Below are positions 1 through 14,045 of a stretch of 64,000 bases of DNA, piece by piece (the stretch's first letter is position 1; every line of letters starts with the position of its first letter). The position numbers and the translations under genes were made by a program. This stretch comes from Felis catus (taxonomy: Eukaryota): positions 212,166,001-212,230,000 of the forward strand of contig NC_058368.1 in NCBI RefSeq assembly GCF_018350175.1, written 5' to 3'. The notes below the pieces were generated by a model. That model saw only the letters and a list, made by a program, of their open reading frames with translations. It ran no database searches and was not told where the DNA came from.

Positions 1-3000
1 TCTGCAGTCTAGAAAGCAGAGGAAAGACACAAAGTTTCTTCTAGAAACACTTGCTGCCAGTGTCCACACCTTTAGGAAATTCCTGGAATGGAGTATGCGG
101 AGCAACTGCCTGGACCTGGAATTATTCCTGAACCTGACCACATGATACCCATCCACTTCCCGATCCTGTGTGTTTATGTGCTCAGTTCTTCCAGCGGTAG
201 CTCCCGTGTCTGCCACTGGTCTTTTTGGTTGTATTAAATTCACCTGGAGTGAAGAATTGACACCAGTTTCAAGTTATGTTAAGATTGCTGTCTTAATCCC
301 ATAGTGAGGCATATTCTGGACTTTTTCTTGGGACCACTTAGTTTCTGTCGCTGAGGAAGTGCATGAGTGAATGGAGCCCATCAACAACACCTCACAACAC
401 AGGTTAGGGAGCTGTGACAGCAGTATGTGTGCAAGTTCAATTCAAGTCTGGGCAGTGAGAAGGAAGAGGCAATTTTAGGAACAAATGGCATGGCTTCATC
501 ACTCAAAGCTGCTCCTATGCCAATTCTGCAAGGTTCAGTTTGTTTGCTGTTGGCTTAAGAGAGAATAAGGTCCATTCTATGATTTTAGGTGGGGGAATGA
601 CATGAAGGGGTCAGTGTCATAGAAAGACTGGTTTGCCAACAACATACACAATTGCCTGGGACAGGGTAGGTAGCCCAGTGCTAGAAGATGAGTCCACATG
701 GACAGCATGAGAACATTTTCTTAGAAACCTGAGGCAGAGGGTAGGGCATAATAAAAAGAGGGGATGTGGCTATCTTGAAACCAGAATATCACCTTACTTG
801 GAGACTATCCTAGATCATGTTTTCCAGGAGATCCCAGGCTGGAAGAAAGGAAGGGAAGGAGAGTGAAGGGACCTTCTACTTGACAGTTTTTGTATCAAGA
901 AGGCTCAGGGCTGCCATCCTTTCCCAGAAGCATTTAGGGTCAGGAAGCCCCCGTCAATGTCTGGTCTCTCTTCTATGTTTCTTTTCCCCTGGCTTCTCGC
1001 AAGAGGGTTGTGGTTGCTCGTGGTGTTTTCCAAGGTCCTGGTGCCCTTATAAGCCTCTTTTTGAAATAATTGAAGCTAAAACTCTCAACCTGGACCAAGG
1101 CAGTTGGGCTTTTCAGAAGATCTTCTGGGCATATTTATGGGTAGTTCTTCCTCCTTCTCATGTGAGAGCAGGTCAAGTGCAGGTTGATACCTGTACCTGA
1201 CCCTGATGTGTCATTGCTATCAAGGCAGGCCTCAGGAGATGGACTGGCCTTTCCCAGAGCCTCCTTACATTACACCAGGAGATTTGGGCCTGCACTGAGG
1301 ATTGTCTTGCTTGCTGCAAACTGACAGCATAAATCTTAAGAAAAAAAAAAAAAGATGAGCTGGTAGTTGTAGATAAATTGTCAGGGGGTTAATAGTCTGA
1401 CCTCATTAAGAGCACATTTTTATTAGAAATATGCTACTGGGTAAATTCTGTTTTGTGAATTGCAAAGAACAGTTGGATAAGGTGCACTTTAGCACCAATA
1501 ATCCACTGTTATCTCTTCTAATGACGGTTTCAGAAGTGGGGCCGGTCTTCTGCCCCATCCTCAAAGGCCCCAAGTATTCTTTCAGCTCAAGGGACTCAGG
1601 ACTTAGTGATAGGCTGGCTTCTCCAGGTGATCTCCATGGACCCAGAGACTCCTTCTCTGAGGTCAAGATTACATTTTCCTACTTTCCCCATTTTCTCGGT
1701 ATTACCCCAATACTGGTGCAAATGACTGATGTTTACTAGGGAGGGTGGGAGAAAGTGACTTTCTGAATGTATGTACTCACCATTCTTAGCACTTTGGAAA
1801 AAGTCTTATCAACCCTGAAAGCCTTCCTTTGATGCAGAATAAATGTCTCAATAACTTTCCACCCTTACTTTTTAATATGATTCTTATTTCTGTAAAGAAG
1901 ACCCTTGAGGATAAGATACTCAGGAATATTCTCTTTCTACCAACCACATTTTCTTATTAAAAACAATATATTAAGAATTGGTTAGCAAACCCTGGGTATA
2001 GGTGTATGTACTTTCTACCTAGGTGTGTGATGTGGATAGATTTCTTCTTTGTGTGAGAACCCGGGTTTCTCATTTGATAAACAGAAAGGTTTATAGCCAT
2101 TCATTTACATTTAAATGTCCATTAGTAGCAGATTGGTTAAACAAATGGGTTTACGTCATTTTTGCAGTTGTTGAAATGCTCAAAAAATATGGAAAGATAC
2201 GTAAGTTATATTAAATTTAAAAAGCAGTGGTTGGAATAGTTCACATAGTATGATCCCACTTGTTTAAAAAATTATGTGTATATGTGCTTATACATGCAAA
2301 GAAAGATTTTGGAAGAGAATCCAGGAAACTTATTCACTGTAATTGTCCTTGAGACATAGGACTGGGGGTGACGGGAAATTGAACATTTTACTTTTCATTT
2401 TATATTCTTCTCAAGTATGGGCTTTTTGTCATGTGCAAAGGAGTCTGGTGGAGATATTGTGGTTCTTTCTAACTCCAAGTTACCATAATTTATCCTTTGG
2501 CCTTCCCCCAGATATTCTTTTGCAAAATACGTGGTAGAAATGTGCATTACTTTTGCTCATGGCTAAATCGATCTCAGTTTACATCTTCTGTGAACTGCCT
2601 GTAGACTGTTTAGAAGCAGCACTTAGATTCACTGGAAGCTTTTATTTTAAATCTGATGTACCTCCCCTTTGAAGTTTGCAGAATCTGGATGACAAATATT
2701 TCTAAATTTGGATTTTTTTCTTAAGTGGAAGATAAAAAAGCAAACTCCGGGATTTTTTTTCCATCTAGCTCCCATTGGGTTTTTTTTTTGGGGGGGGGGA
2801 GGGATTGTTTTGCTGTTTGTCTGTAAACAAAGGAGATAAGGTGATTGTCCTGCTATGTAATGCCAGTTGAGCTTTCTGCATGAGTTCTGCTCTGAGAAGG
2901 CAGGCAATATCCCAAGTCAGAAAGTGGCTGTGGGATGCAACACTCCAAAGGCATTTCAGAAAATTGCAATAGCCTCACTTACATGTGATATATATGTTCC

Positions 3001-4489
3001 TAGAGATACTTGTAAATTTGTAGTTTTAATCAGCTGTTTCAGGCAAGTATTGTGAGGGACAAATGGAATTTAATAAGGTGCTACAAGACCTGCATTTTGG
3101 TCTTGCTGGATGGTAGCTGTCAGTTTGAAAAATGGGGCTGAGGTTGTGGCCTGAGCTTCTAAGCAAATTGTTCCTGCTGGCTTCCTAGGATTTTAGCTCC
3201 CAAGACCCCCTGCTACTTCAGCATTGATGGAGGGGGAGCAGTCAAGGTACTTTCAGGTGACAGAGATGCAGGTTTCCTTGGGGTCAAAAAACCTAGTGCA
3301 TGTCCAGTGGAAAATGGCCAGGATGATCAGGGTCTTAAGACCAAATTTTGCATGGAAAGAAAGGTTAAAGGAACAAGAGTGTTTTGCTTAGAAAAGAGAA
3401 AAATGAATATCAGAGCCGCCAGCAATGTCAGACATCATCTATTCAATCCCCTTTATTGTGCAGATGACATTCAAGGAAGTTAAATAAGTGCATGAAAGTG
3501 ATAAAACACATTCGTGGTGATGCAGAAGCTAGGACTCAAGTGTTCTGACTCCCCTGCCCCCACACATTTGCATGCCATCCCCAAAGTTCATGTTCTTTCC
3601 GTTCTATCCCACTGATAGTTCTTAAGAAACACAAACAGGATAAATTCATAAAGTGCTTAGCATGAAGTCTGCCAAAGAGGGGAAACCATTATGTGTTAAT
3701 TCCTTTTCTCCCCAGTATGTCCCCTGCCATGACTACCAGTATACAAGGATAAGACTGTAGCTAGAATTGATCATCATCTTTAAATGAATGCCTTCTGTGC
3801 TCTTTCAGGTCGGAGTAGAGCATATGAGAGTAGAACATAAATTCATATTTCAGCATAACAAAAAAAATAAGAAAAAAACCCCTTTCTAATGAATAGAATT
3901 GTCCAGCAATATAAAAAGCTGTACTCAGAGCTGAGTTTCTCATCACAGGTTGTATTCAAGAGCACCAGGTGGCAAATCAATCCATGATTTCTCCTGGGAT
4001 TCTATTAATGAATTTAAGCTATGATTAGATTACTTCTAAGAGTCTGTCTTTAACTTGGAGGCAATGAGGATGAATAAGCAGAAGGATGTATCCAATGTAA
4101 TGTTGAAAAAGATTAATCTGATAGCAGCAACAAATGGGGGAGCAGAAATGCTGATGGGAAGCTAGTTAGGGGCTGTAAATATTTGAACTGTCAACTTAAA
4201 ATTACAGAAATGACAATGCTGGGTCAACCACAAATGCTTCATAGTCCAATCTGCATTTATTTCACCTCTTCTCATAAAACTGTGTAAATACTGAGTCATA
4301 GAGCCCCTGGAAATTCTACTCCTGGCCAAGCTCTTTAAAATTTCCCATGACTAGTGTATCTACTAATCCCAATGACCACCCAAAAGGAAGGCATGGGCAC
4401 TAAGTCATGGAGATGAATGATGGATTGGAAGCAGATTGTGTTCAGCTAAGCTACTGTGCCTTTTCCGTTATTGTATCTTCTCTCCTTAG

Positions 4490-4734
4490 GTTATGTTGAC
4501 ATTGGACTGATTCCGAAAGGAGCAAGGGACATAAGGGTAATGGAGGTTGAAGGAGCTGGAAACTTTTTGGCCATCAGGAGTGAAGACCCCAAAAAATATT
4601 ACCTCAATGGAGGATTTATTATCCAGTGGAATGGAAACTACAAGCTGGCAGGGACCATCTTCCAATATGACAGGAAAGGAGACCTGGAGAAACTGATGGC
4701 CACAGGTCCTACCAATGAGTCAGTGTGGATCCAG
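4490..4734 (+). CDS. ADAMTS12: ADAMTS12 coding exon, spacer domain (approx. exon 15), phase 1 to 0
   Basis: Acceptor ctccttag|G at 4489/4490 and donor CAG|gtaatg at 4734. Translates (G)[81 protein letters not shown], the ADAMTS7/12-type spacer. Confidence 0.96.
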
Positions 4735-5757
4735 GTAATGCAGAGGGGAAGGCAGCTGATGATATGTACATTAGTTAGGACATTTATAATGTTCTTTTCC
4801 AAGGTATTTGCTAGGGGACGTTAATTAAAAATACTTAAAATTTTTAGCAAGGAGCAGGGAGGGAAGCAAGATGTTACTTGTGCTGTTAATCCTTTATTGC
4901 CTAGAAATTTCTGAAGTCCCCATAATGAAATGATGGGGTCCCTAAAATCCTCTAACGGGAGTTTTGAGTTCAGTTTCCACTATGGTTGACCTAAGCTGTT
5001 TATTTGCAGGTGTTTCTCAGGTATAAAAAAAGATGCTGTCAATCTATGTCAGTGTGGCATGAGTTTCCAAGTAGCTTTCCAGCAATGGTGATGGACTGAC
5101 ATGGTTTTTTCATATGTTATCATGTGCTTGTCCTCAGACAAGATGTTTGACTTTGTGAAATTCTTGGGGGAGAATGGAGTTAGAATGTAGTATATCTCCT
5201 TGAAGGCACAAGTGGGTGTTGTGAGAGTTGAATAAGTAAATTGTCTTTCGTGTTGGCGAGGAACTATGGAAAAGGAGTGGATTATATCAGTAGAGACAAG
5301 GCAAGTTGGGGATTACAGATGGCCCAAGAGAAAGTCAGATATAACCATATTCAGAACTTAGGAGGTAATTGCAGAGCCAGAGATCAGAACACTCATAAAA
5401 GCTGGAGGTCAAGGCTTGACAGCTATGATTCATAAATGTCTTGAGACCTGAAATCTTACCTGCCTACATGGCAAAGGATTTACATACGGGAACCCCAATC
5501 CCATGGAGCAACCAATCCACCGATTTTAAATATGTGGTAAGTAGAGTACCTGCAGGAGAGGGAAGTGGGGGGGGGGTCCCAAGAATGGTATGCCTTGCCT
5601 AAAGCCCAGGACCATTTTCATTGCAGAACTATATGCTTTAAAGGAATTAACTCACCTGAGAGCTAGAGAATAGCATCATAAGGCAACAGCAACAACAATA
5701 ATAAAAATTAATGTTTATTGAATGCTAACTACATATGAGGCACTATTCTATTCATAT

Positions 5758-5867
5758 CTTTTTTTTTTTAAGATTTTATTTTTAATCTGTACACCCAACG
5801 TGGGTCTTGAACTTACAACCTGAGATCAAGAGTTGCATGCTCTCCTGACTGAGCCTACCCAACGCCC
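5758..5867 (-). mobile_element. Short, old CanSINE inserted in a MIR relic (~5700-6030)
   Basis: T-tail plus tRNA-like body; flanked by tattctattcatatc / tattctactcatatc. Confidence 0.75.
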
Positions 5868-6145
5868 TGTATTCTACTCATATCCAGTTATGTTACATTT
5901 ATTTACTTACTCGACTCTCACAACATCCCTATTAGTCATGCTATTATTATCCTCACTTTGTAAATAGGGGAAACTAAGGCACAAAGATATTAAGTAACTT
6001 ACCTGTAATCACAAGGTTATTAAGTACACAAGGGTGCAAGGTGACCTACCAGTCTATTGTTGGAAAAGACACTATCCCTATTCCCTCAGAGAAATTTCCA
6101 TAAGATTAAATCTCCATGGGAATTCAGCCAAGAAATAATCAAATG

Positions 6146-6243
6146 GAGATTAGATAGAGATAGATAAAGGTATAGATGTAGGTAGATATACATATAGATA
6201 TAGATATAGATAGATGTGTAGGTGGAAGTAGAGGTGGAGATAT
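6146..6243. repeat. Degenerate (TAGA/TAGATA)n simple repeat
   Basis: Visible in sequence. Confidence 0.8.
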
Positions 6244-6384
6244 ATTCATTTATTGGCATTTGCTCCAATGCATGTCTTCATAATTACTTTAAGATGATGG
6301 ACATTCTGTAGCGTTTGTTATTATAGCACTGTGTTTTGTAATATAAAGTCACGACAGTGATGTCAACCCTCTATTGCCTTTTAG

Positions 6385-6523
6385 CTTCTGTTCCAGGTGA
6401 CTAACCCTGGCATCAAATATGAGTATACAATCCGGAAAGATGGCCTTGACAATGACGTGGAAAAACTGGTGTACTTCTGGCAGTATGGCCACTGGACAGA
6501 GTGCAGCGTAACATGTGGGACAG
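6385..6523 (+). CDS. ADAMTS12: ADAMTS12 coding exon, spacer end plus start of TSR2 (approx. exon 16), phase 0 to 1
   Basis: ccttttag|CTTCTG ... ACAG|gtgaga. Translates [46 protein letters not shown](G). Phase matches both neighbours. Confidence 0.95.
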
Positions 6524-6784
6524 GTGAGAGACAGCTGCTGTGTCTCTGCATCCGTGTCAGCTTCACATTGGGCCACGGAGGCAGTCTGAGCCAGTGGTTC
6601 ATACTCTGTGCCTATAGGTCTGCAGGGTTCCACAAACATGGCCCGGGGCCTCTCTGAGAGTGAATATGCTGGCCATGGTCTAAAGAGAGAGGCAGTTTTT
6701 CTTGTATCAGCTTTATATACTGTTGTTCATGAAAGAGTTTGTTTGAAAAAAAGGTTACATGTCTTATTTTGTTTTGTTTTCAGA

Positions 6785-6990
6785 ATTATTGAGATAAAAG
6801 TGACACATCATAACATTGTGTAAATTTAAATTGTACCGGATGATTTGATACACGTACATATTGTGAAACGTTTACCACAATAAGGTCAGCCAACATATCC
6901 ATCACTCCACAAAGTTTCCTTTTTGTGTATGTGGTGAGAACATTTAATATCTGCTCTTTTGGCAACTTTCAGGCATACAATACAGTATTA
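6785..6990 (-). mobile_element. L1MA-type 3' end fragment
   Basis: ...gtggtgagaacatttaatatctgctcttttggcaactttcaggcatacaatacagtatta resembles the L1MA 3' UTR (recalled consensus). Confidence 0.7.
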
Positions 6991-6993
6991 CAT

Positions 6994-7194
6994 TTGTTTT
7001 GCTTTTTTAATGTTTATTTATTGATATTTGAGAGAGAGAATAAGTGCGTGCACAAGCTGGAGAGGGTCAGAGAGAGAGGGAGAGGGAGAGAATCCCAAGC
7101 AGGCTCCACACTGTTAGCTCAGAGCCCAATGTGGGGCTCCATCCCATGAACCGTGAGATCATGACCTGAGCCGAAATCAAGAGTTGGGTGCCCC
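6994..7194 (-). mobile_element. CanSINE with an internal deletion near its 5' end
   Basis: TSD cagtattacat at 6983 and 7194. The usual acgcttaaccgactgagccacccag segment is missing (gagttgg|gtgcccc). Confidence 0.88.
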
Positions 7195-7280
7195 AGTATT
7201 ACATGTGTTTTAAAAAGCAAAACAGAAAGGCTTAAAAGCCTGGTTGAGGACCTGAAGTTCACAAAAGTCGAACACCCTGC

Positions 7281-7495
7281 GGGGCGCCTGGGTGGCTCAG
7301 TCAGTTAAGGGTTCTAATCTTGATTTTGGCTCAGGTCATGATCTCATGACTTATGAGATCGAGCCCCAAATCGGGCACCACACTGAGCATGGAGCCGGCT
7401 TGGGATTCTCTCTCTCCCTCTCTCTCTGCCCCTCCCCCACTGTACTCTCTCTCTCAAAATAAATAAATGAACATTTAAACAACAACAACAGCAAC
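7281..7495 (+). mobile_element. CanSINE
   Basis: ggggcgcctgggtggctcag head, (CT)n, A-tail; TSD acaaaagtcgaacaccc. Confidence 0.92.
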
Positions 7496-7678
7496 AAAAG
7501 TCGAACACCCGGCTCAGAGGCATACTGTAAATGATGGGCAAATCCAAACCATAACAGGCTCTCCTGATTCCAACCTAGTGTTCTTTTTTCTGTCTCCAAT
7601 TTACCACGTTTTCCTATCTACTAGGAGAGTAGTTTCCTCTCATAAAATTGAGCATTGGAGAGATTCCTTGCTGTCAAG

Positions 7679-8010
7679 TGTATCAGGATGGAGTAAGTTC
7701 TGCTACCATAAGAAATCAAAATCTCAGGACTTCAACACAGGGAAGGTTTATTTCTAACCCATTGTAAGTCTGATGCAGATTGGGTGGCCGAGCTTCATCT
7801 TGCAACTAAGACATCTGACATGTGTGGCTTCCAGCATGCCCCACAGCAAACAGAAATGGAAGAGGCAGACTGGCTCTTATTAAGGGCCTGGTGGTGACAC
7901 AGATCATTTCTGCTCACCTTTTATTTCATCGGTTGGCCTTAGTCCTCTGAGTACAAGCTGGAAACTGTGAACAATGCATGGACATTTGTAGGGCATCCAC
8001 TCTCTTGGCT
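7679..8010 (-). mobile_element. Old MaLR solo LTR (MLT1I/J/K-like)
   Basis: Resembles MLT1 motifs (aaaatctcagg...aaggtttatttct...atttctgctcac). Highly diverged. Confidence 0.5.
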
Positions 8011-9554
8011 GAAGGCTGGGTGAACTTCTCTAAGGTCTGGGGCGAGGGGGCGGGGAAGGGTATGTCAGGTACTTGGGACTCTTCACTCATTTGAGGGGCT
8101 TTAATAGTAGTGCCGTATGAGGCCTCTGCCTCTCCTTTTTGGATCATGTCCAAGTCTGTTCTGGAACTTCCTGCCTTTAGCTTGTAATTACTGCCTTTAA
8201 AACTAGGGCAGCAATAAGGGGAAGTGCCAAATTCAGCGAGGTAGCCAAGAGAATGGAAGTGAAGGAGTGAATGGCCAGAAGAACACAGTCACCTACTCTG
8301 TGGGCCTCTCTCTTATATACTCTGTCTCGTCACCATTCCTTCACTCGCTCCTCCCTGTACCTGTGCCCCCTGCCCCAGGAAGCAGTCCTGGAAAGGGGTC
8401 CAGCAATGGACATTGAGTCACGCATTGTCAACCTAATCGACGATTCTTGTATTTCCAACTTCTCTCTTCCCCTCCTTCAGTACAGAAACCAAGCGTTGAC
8501 TTTTAGAAATCGTAGGGATCGTGTTCATTTCAAAATGTGTGCTGTTTTGAAAATCCTAGTCCTCTGGAAATCCATTAGGTCAAAGCTGTGATTTGTGGCA
8601 GCAGCTGTAAGTGGGGTTGGTGTCATACTGCTATCCCCAGTGCTACCCCTGGCATTTCCAGATGTCCTGCCCCACTGCCCAGGGGGCTGGGCTTGCCGAG
8701 AAGCAAAAGCAACATAAACAAAAAATAAGTTGGTGAAAAATATTTCCTTGAGGAGCAGTTGTGAGGAAAATGAGGTCATGGGGACTATAGATACAAATAC
8801 TTTTTCGAGTTCTCATCCCCATTTTTCTCTTCTTTAGGTGAAGTACAGGTTTAAGCTTTAAGCTGAAATCCTTTGTCCCCGGACACCAAGGAGTGAAAAC
8901 TCAGCCAGTCCAGGCTGGGCAGGGACCCCTCCACAAAACAGGAGAGCACCCACCCGCCCCTCTTTTCTGTTTCAACATGGGATGAATTCTTTGCATTATT
9001 ACACATGCAATATATCAGAGCATAGGAATACAAGATAAATGACTGATTTGTGCTATGTTTGTAAAGATGAGATGCATCCTCTTGGCTAGGAAATGAGATT
9101 CCCTTACCAAATGTGCATCAGGCACTTGGTTCTGATACAGCCTGATCCTTCAGCAACCCCTCAGCCTGCTTGGGCAAATGTCATTCTGGTTATTAAATCT
9201 TAACAGGAACTATGAGGAAGCTGCCAGTGTCCATGTGCTCACCTGCCTATAGTCACACTGCCTATTTGAGCAACAGTGAGCTCTTATTCTGGCAGAGAAG
9301 AAGGGCAACATATCTACTCTCATGCTGTCAGACACAGAGGGTGAAATGCTAATATTCCCGTAGGACACACATTGCTAAATATAAAGATGGAAGACCGCCT
9401 GAAACACTGAATCAGTCAACTGTGTATTTTTAGTTGCTTTGAGCTAAAACGTTCTATACTATAAAAGTAGGTGAAAAATATTATTGAAAAATTAGAAATA
9501 GAAAAAGTCACCACCCTGACACAATGCATTTTTTACTTTTCTTTTTTGCCTTTC

Positions 9555-9785
9555 TTTTTTTTTTTTTTTTTAAGTTTTCTTAACGTTTATTTATTATTGA
9601 CAGACAGAAAGAGACAGAACATGAGCAGGGGAGGGATGGGGGAGGGGGAGACACAGACTCCGAAGCAGGCTCCAGACTCTGAGCTGTCAGCACAGAGTGC
9701 GAGGCGGGGCTCGAACTCACAAACCGCAAGATCATGACCTGAGCCAAAGTTGGACACCCAAGTGACTGAGCCACCCAGGCACCCC
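9555..9785 (-). mobile_element. CanSINE (SINEC_Fc-like)
   Basis: Full-length reverse copy; TSD ttttttgcctttc. Confidence 0.92.
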
Positions 9786-10071
9786 TTTTTTGCCTTTCAA
9801 TATGCTTTTTTCTAGTTATAGATGTATATAGTTGTGTGCATATGGATGTGTTTATGTACATATACACATGCTTTCACTTAATGCCATTAACATGGGTACC
9901 TTTCCAGGTCTTACTCAGTCTTCGTAGCTGTCATTTTTTGGATACATTATGTTTCACTGGCAAGACAAAGCAAAATATCTTTTAGCCAATTCCTTATTGA
10001 TCATCATATTCTGAAGATTTCATTAGTGTTAATTTGTAGTGGAATTTTTGGGCTCATAGAGCATAAATATT

Positions 10072-10295
10072 GGGGCTTCTGGGTGGCTCACTTGGTCGAG
10101 CATCCAACTTCGCCTCAGGTCATGATCTCACGGTTCGTGAGTTCGAGCCCCATGTCGGGCTCTGTGCTGACAGCTCAGAGCCTGGAGCCTGCTTTGGATT
10201 GATTCTGTGTCTCCCTCTCTGTCTGCCCCTTCCTGACTCACACTCTGTCTCTCTCTCTCTCTCTCAAAAATAAATAAATAAACATTAAAAAAAAG
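10072..10295 (+). mobile_element. CanSINE (SINEC_Fc-like)
   Basis: TSD gagcataaatatt at 10059 and 10296. Confidence 0.92.
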
Positions 10296-10381
10296 GAGCA
10301 TAAATATTATGGCAATGTTAAGAAACTTATTACCAAATTGATTCCCATAGTAAAAGAGTTTGCAAACAGGTAGTAGCAATC

Positions 10382-10425
10382 ATTTTATTTTATTTTATTT
10401 TATTTTATTTTATTTTATTTTATTT
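10382..10425. repeat. (ATTTT)n microsatellite
   Basis: Perfect pentamer run. Confidence 0.9.
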
Positions 10426-13400
10426 GTCTTGTTTTGTTTTGTTTTTATTATTATTGTATTATTTTAGCTTTACACTTTTTCACTGGGAAGCATTATAAAT
10501 CTCCTAGCAAAATGGAGAATGTAACAGCAAACTCTTGCATGCCAGACACTCAGTTTTCTCAGATTTTACCATTACTCATGCTTATTTCAATCTTCATTTT
10601 TAAAGAAAAGAAATTGCACAAATGCAGATGATAAGCACTCCCTGACTCCTCTCCCTTTCCTTTTTCCCCAGAGTTAACCAGGGTCATGTAACCAGTATTT
10701 GTTATTATCATGCATGTTGTTAAATACTCTTATTATACATGTGAATACTCATCCACACTAAAAAAACATTGTTTCTCGGGCATTTAAGCTTATAAACAGT
10801 GTCATACTCTGTGTATAGTTCTCTATTTTGTTTTACTCAGTATTATGCTTTTGAGATAAGTCCACACTAATGAAAGTAGCTCTTTGTACATTCACCTGAA
10901 GGTCTGCGTACCATCCCACTGTGTGAATATACAATTATTTCTACATTACACTATTCTGCAGTCAGTTATAAACATTTTTGTAGTGCCGTAATGAACACCT
11001 TTCCTTCACAGCACTAAAGCTCAAAATAACCATGTACATTTAAGATATGTCCACATATCCTTGATAAAGCATGAGTATTACAAATAGGGACACACATTCC
11101 ACTCTGGCCCTGATGTGTGACTATAGGCTGATATCTAGATGACAATTCACTTCTTTGGAAAATCAGAATCAGATACTTCTTTGACCCTTTTAAAATTGCA
11201 TTCGTCTTGGTACTAATCCATCTGACTTCGTCCACTGGAATTGTCAGGTAGGGTCAACCGAGTGAAGATACTGGTCTCTAACAATATCTGGAAGACTTTT
11301 TTAATATTTAGGACCATAAAAATAACAGAAACGTTGAGATGGATTTAAGCATATACTGTGGAACGAGGCTTATATAGTTCATCGTATGCATAAACACATA
11401 GTATTTATAAGATAAACGACAAGTGACATATAGTGATACATACACCCTTAATTTCAATGGAGGAACTCTGACACATCATTATTAATTTTGCCCTACGCGC
11501 CCCACAGTATCTGCCCGGCCAGTCTATGTTCATCACCACACTGATCCACCAGACCAACCAGGCAATAGGGATTTTATGTTATGTTTTGTGTCCTTCTGCT
11601 ACTGCTGGAGTCAGGAGCACAGAGCAATTTTTGCTATTCCTGCACAGAAACAAGCCTTTTGGGAGGATGTTTCCAACCTCTGAGAGTCACCTGATGGTTT
11701 CCTATTAGGTTGTGACATTAAGAATTTGCCAAACCACCCAAAGTTTCAATGAAACTTCTAAGCATCTAAGCTTTGCTTTTTTCTGCTCTATAACTGCAGG
11801 TACATGTCAGTGTTTCTGGCATCCACCATTTCAGTCTCTATCCACTCACATTGTCCAAGACTTCTCTACAGGTGTTTGTGTCTTTCCAAACAATGACTCG
11901 TTCCTTGTGCCACAGAAATTCCTTTTGTAATGTTGCTTCCAGCTGTTGACAGTGTTTTATTTCTAGAACAAAAGAAGAATAAGACAGTCTTATCAGCTGA
12001 GAAAGCCTGAGTGTTTGAAAGGTTACTTATCTTCTTCAAAAGAAAAAAAATACTGTTTTAGTTAACAACAAAATACTGTTGATTCATTTAAAAGGATTCA
12101 CTTACTGTATGACAACTCCTCTGACATTTTTAAATGATGAGATGTGATCACTGACATCTGAGTATGAAAGGCAGCCTGGGAGATTATGCTGGAACGGGGC
12201 GTGTGAAGCAGTGTGAGGTGGCAGATGGCAGGAGAACGGTCTCCAGTTTGGGTCCTGCCTGCTGTGTGTCTGTGGGGAAGTCCCTCCGTGTGCTAACGTG
12301 AGGAGGTGACCAGCTTATCGGTGTACTCGTGGCCTTTCCGATTCAAGAATTCTGTACACCAGTAAGCCCACTCAAGGCCTGGATGCCCTGAGAGTTCAGG
12401 GCACCAACCTGTGTGCCCGCTGATGGCTCTGTCCCCTGGTGGGCGGGGAGGGGGGGGGGAGAAGGTGGGTGGGGTCCCAGTCTTCAGTCTTCTACCCCAG
12501 TATTTCACATCCAGCATTGAAGTGTTAGCCCCCTCAAGAGACATGATGACTCCCTTCTCACTCTCCCTCCACCTCTCAATCCGCGACATGCTGGCCACTC
12601 CCCTCACTTCTCTTGGTAATGATGTCTTAGCAAAAGCTGTGGTCCCTTTCCTCTGTCAGCCTGTGGGACTTCACTGTGCCTCCATTTCATCTTTCACATA
12701 CGAATAATGGTAGTGTTGACCTCACTGGATTGTTGTGAGGTTTGGATTTCTGTCTACCAAAATAGATAATAAGTAATACATTTTACGTATTATATATTTG
12801 TGTATGTACATATATGTTTGTTTATTTGTACACACGCACATACAGTTCTGAACAGCACCTGAGACAAGGCAAGTGCTACATGTGTTCACTATTATTATTT
12901 ATCCAAAGCTAAACCCAGCCTACAGGTGTTCTTGGTCTGCCTACAGAACGTGCCACCCCCCGTGTGCTTTTCTTACTCACATTACCGACCTGGTCTCCGA
13001 AGGCAGCAGTATTATTAGTCCCTGTTCTCAAAGCCTCTACTTTAGAAATATGACCCCTCAAACTTTACAACATTCTTTTGAATTTTATTCCTGTCTTTCA
13101 GAGTTTACTAATAATATAAACATCCCTTCCTGCTTTGTTCCTTTATTAAGCTAATAGCAATTGTGTTATAATACCTGGTGACAATATCTGCTTTCGTTAT
13201 TTAAGTCTCACTTTTTTTTATTTGGAATATATGTATTGGTCTTGTCTCCCCAGTTACATTATAATCTGTATATGAGATTGTGTGTTAATCTACCTATATT
13301 ATCTGTAGTCCTTCTCAAGCAAGATCTCTTCCACCCACTGTGAGCTGTAGCATGAGTGAAGTAGAGACTCCGTTCCCTATCCATACTTTGAAAGCCAGAC

Positions 13401-13523
13401 ACCTTATGGACAACTTTCCCATCAGTGATAAGCGTGGCCACTTGACATGACCAGGGGCCTCCCTGACACTAGGTATGTGGGCTCGGGATTTAACACGTGT
13501 GAACCTTTCTGCCCTGCCCCCAG

Positions 13524-13650
13524 GTATCCGCCGCCAGACTGCCCGTTGTGTGAAGAAGGGCCACGGGATGGTGAAAGCTACCTTTTGTGACCCAGAAACA
13601 CAGCCCAACGGGAGACAGAAGAAGTGCTATGAAAAGGACTGTCCACCCAG
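13524..13650 (+). CDS. ADAMTS12: ADAMTS12 coding exon, rest of TSR2 (approx. exon 17), phase 1 to 2
   Basis: ctgcccccag|GTATC ... CCCAG|gtaacc; 127 bp. Translates (G)[41 protein letters not shown](R). Absent from the ORF track; read directly from sequence. Confidence 0.94.
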
Positions 13651-14045
13651 GTAACCACTGATAAAAGAGCTCCATGTGTCTGATGTAACAGTAATCTAAT
13701 GCTCAGTGATAAAGGAGGTTGGGAAGCTTTGTCATTAGAATAAATACAGAAAAACCTTTACAGGTGTCTGTGGCTATGCTGTTGGAGCCTGTGGCAACCT
13801 GTGAGTGAGGATATCTTCTCCCCATAGAGCAGTATTTCTTACAAAGATGTGTTCTGTGTTTTTTTATTTGGTAAGACTAAGTCTCAAAGCATTGTTGAAG
13901 AGAATGTTCTATGGATCCCCCAAAGTTCTTCAGATAACAGGTGTGGCTTTTCTAAGAGCACTGGACCGGTGCAACAGTAGCCTTCAACTTCAGATCACTG
14001 GACCCACCTGCACTTAATGGCTGCCTGGAAGGGTGATCTTCAGAG

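Noticed and set aside
12438..12475. G-rich run with G-quadruplex potential (also about 14359-14378 and 53252-53271)
   Set aside because: Isolated intronic G homopolymers are common and error-prone in assemblies; no functional context.
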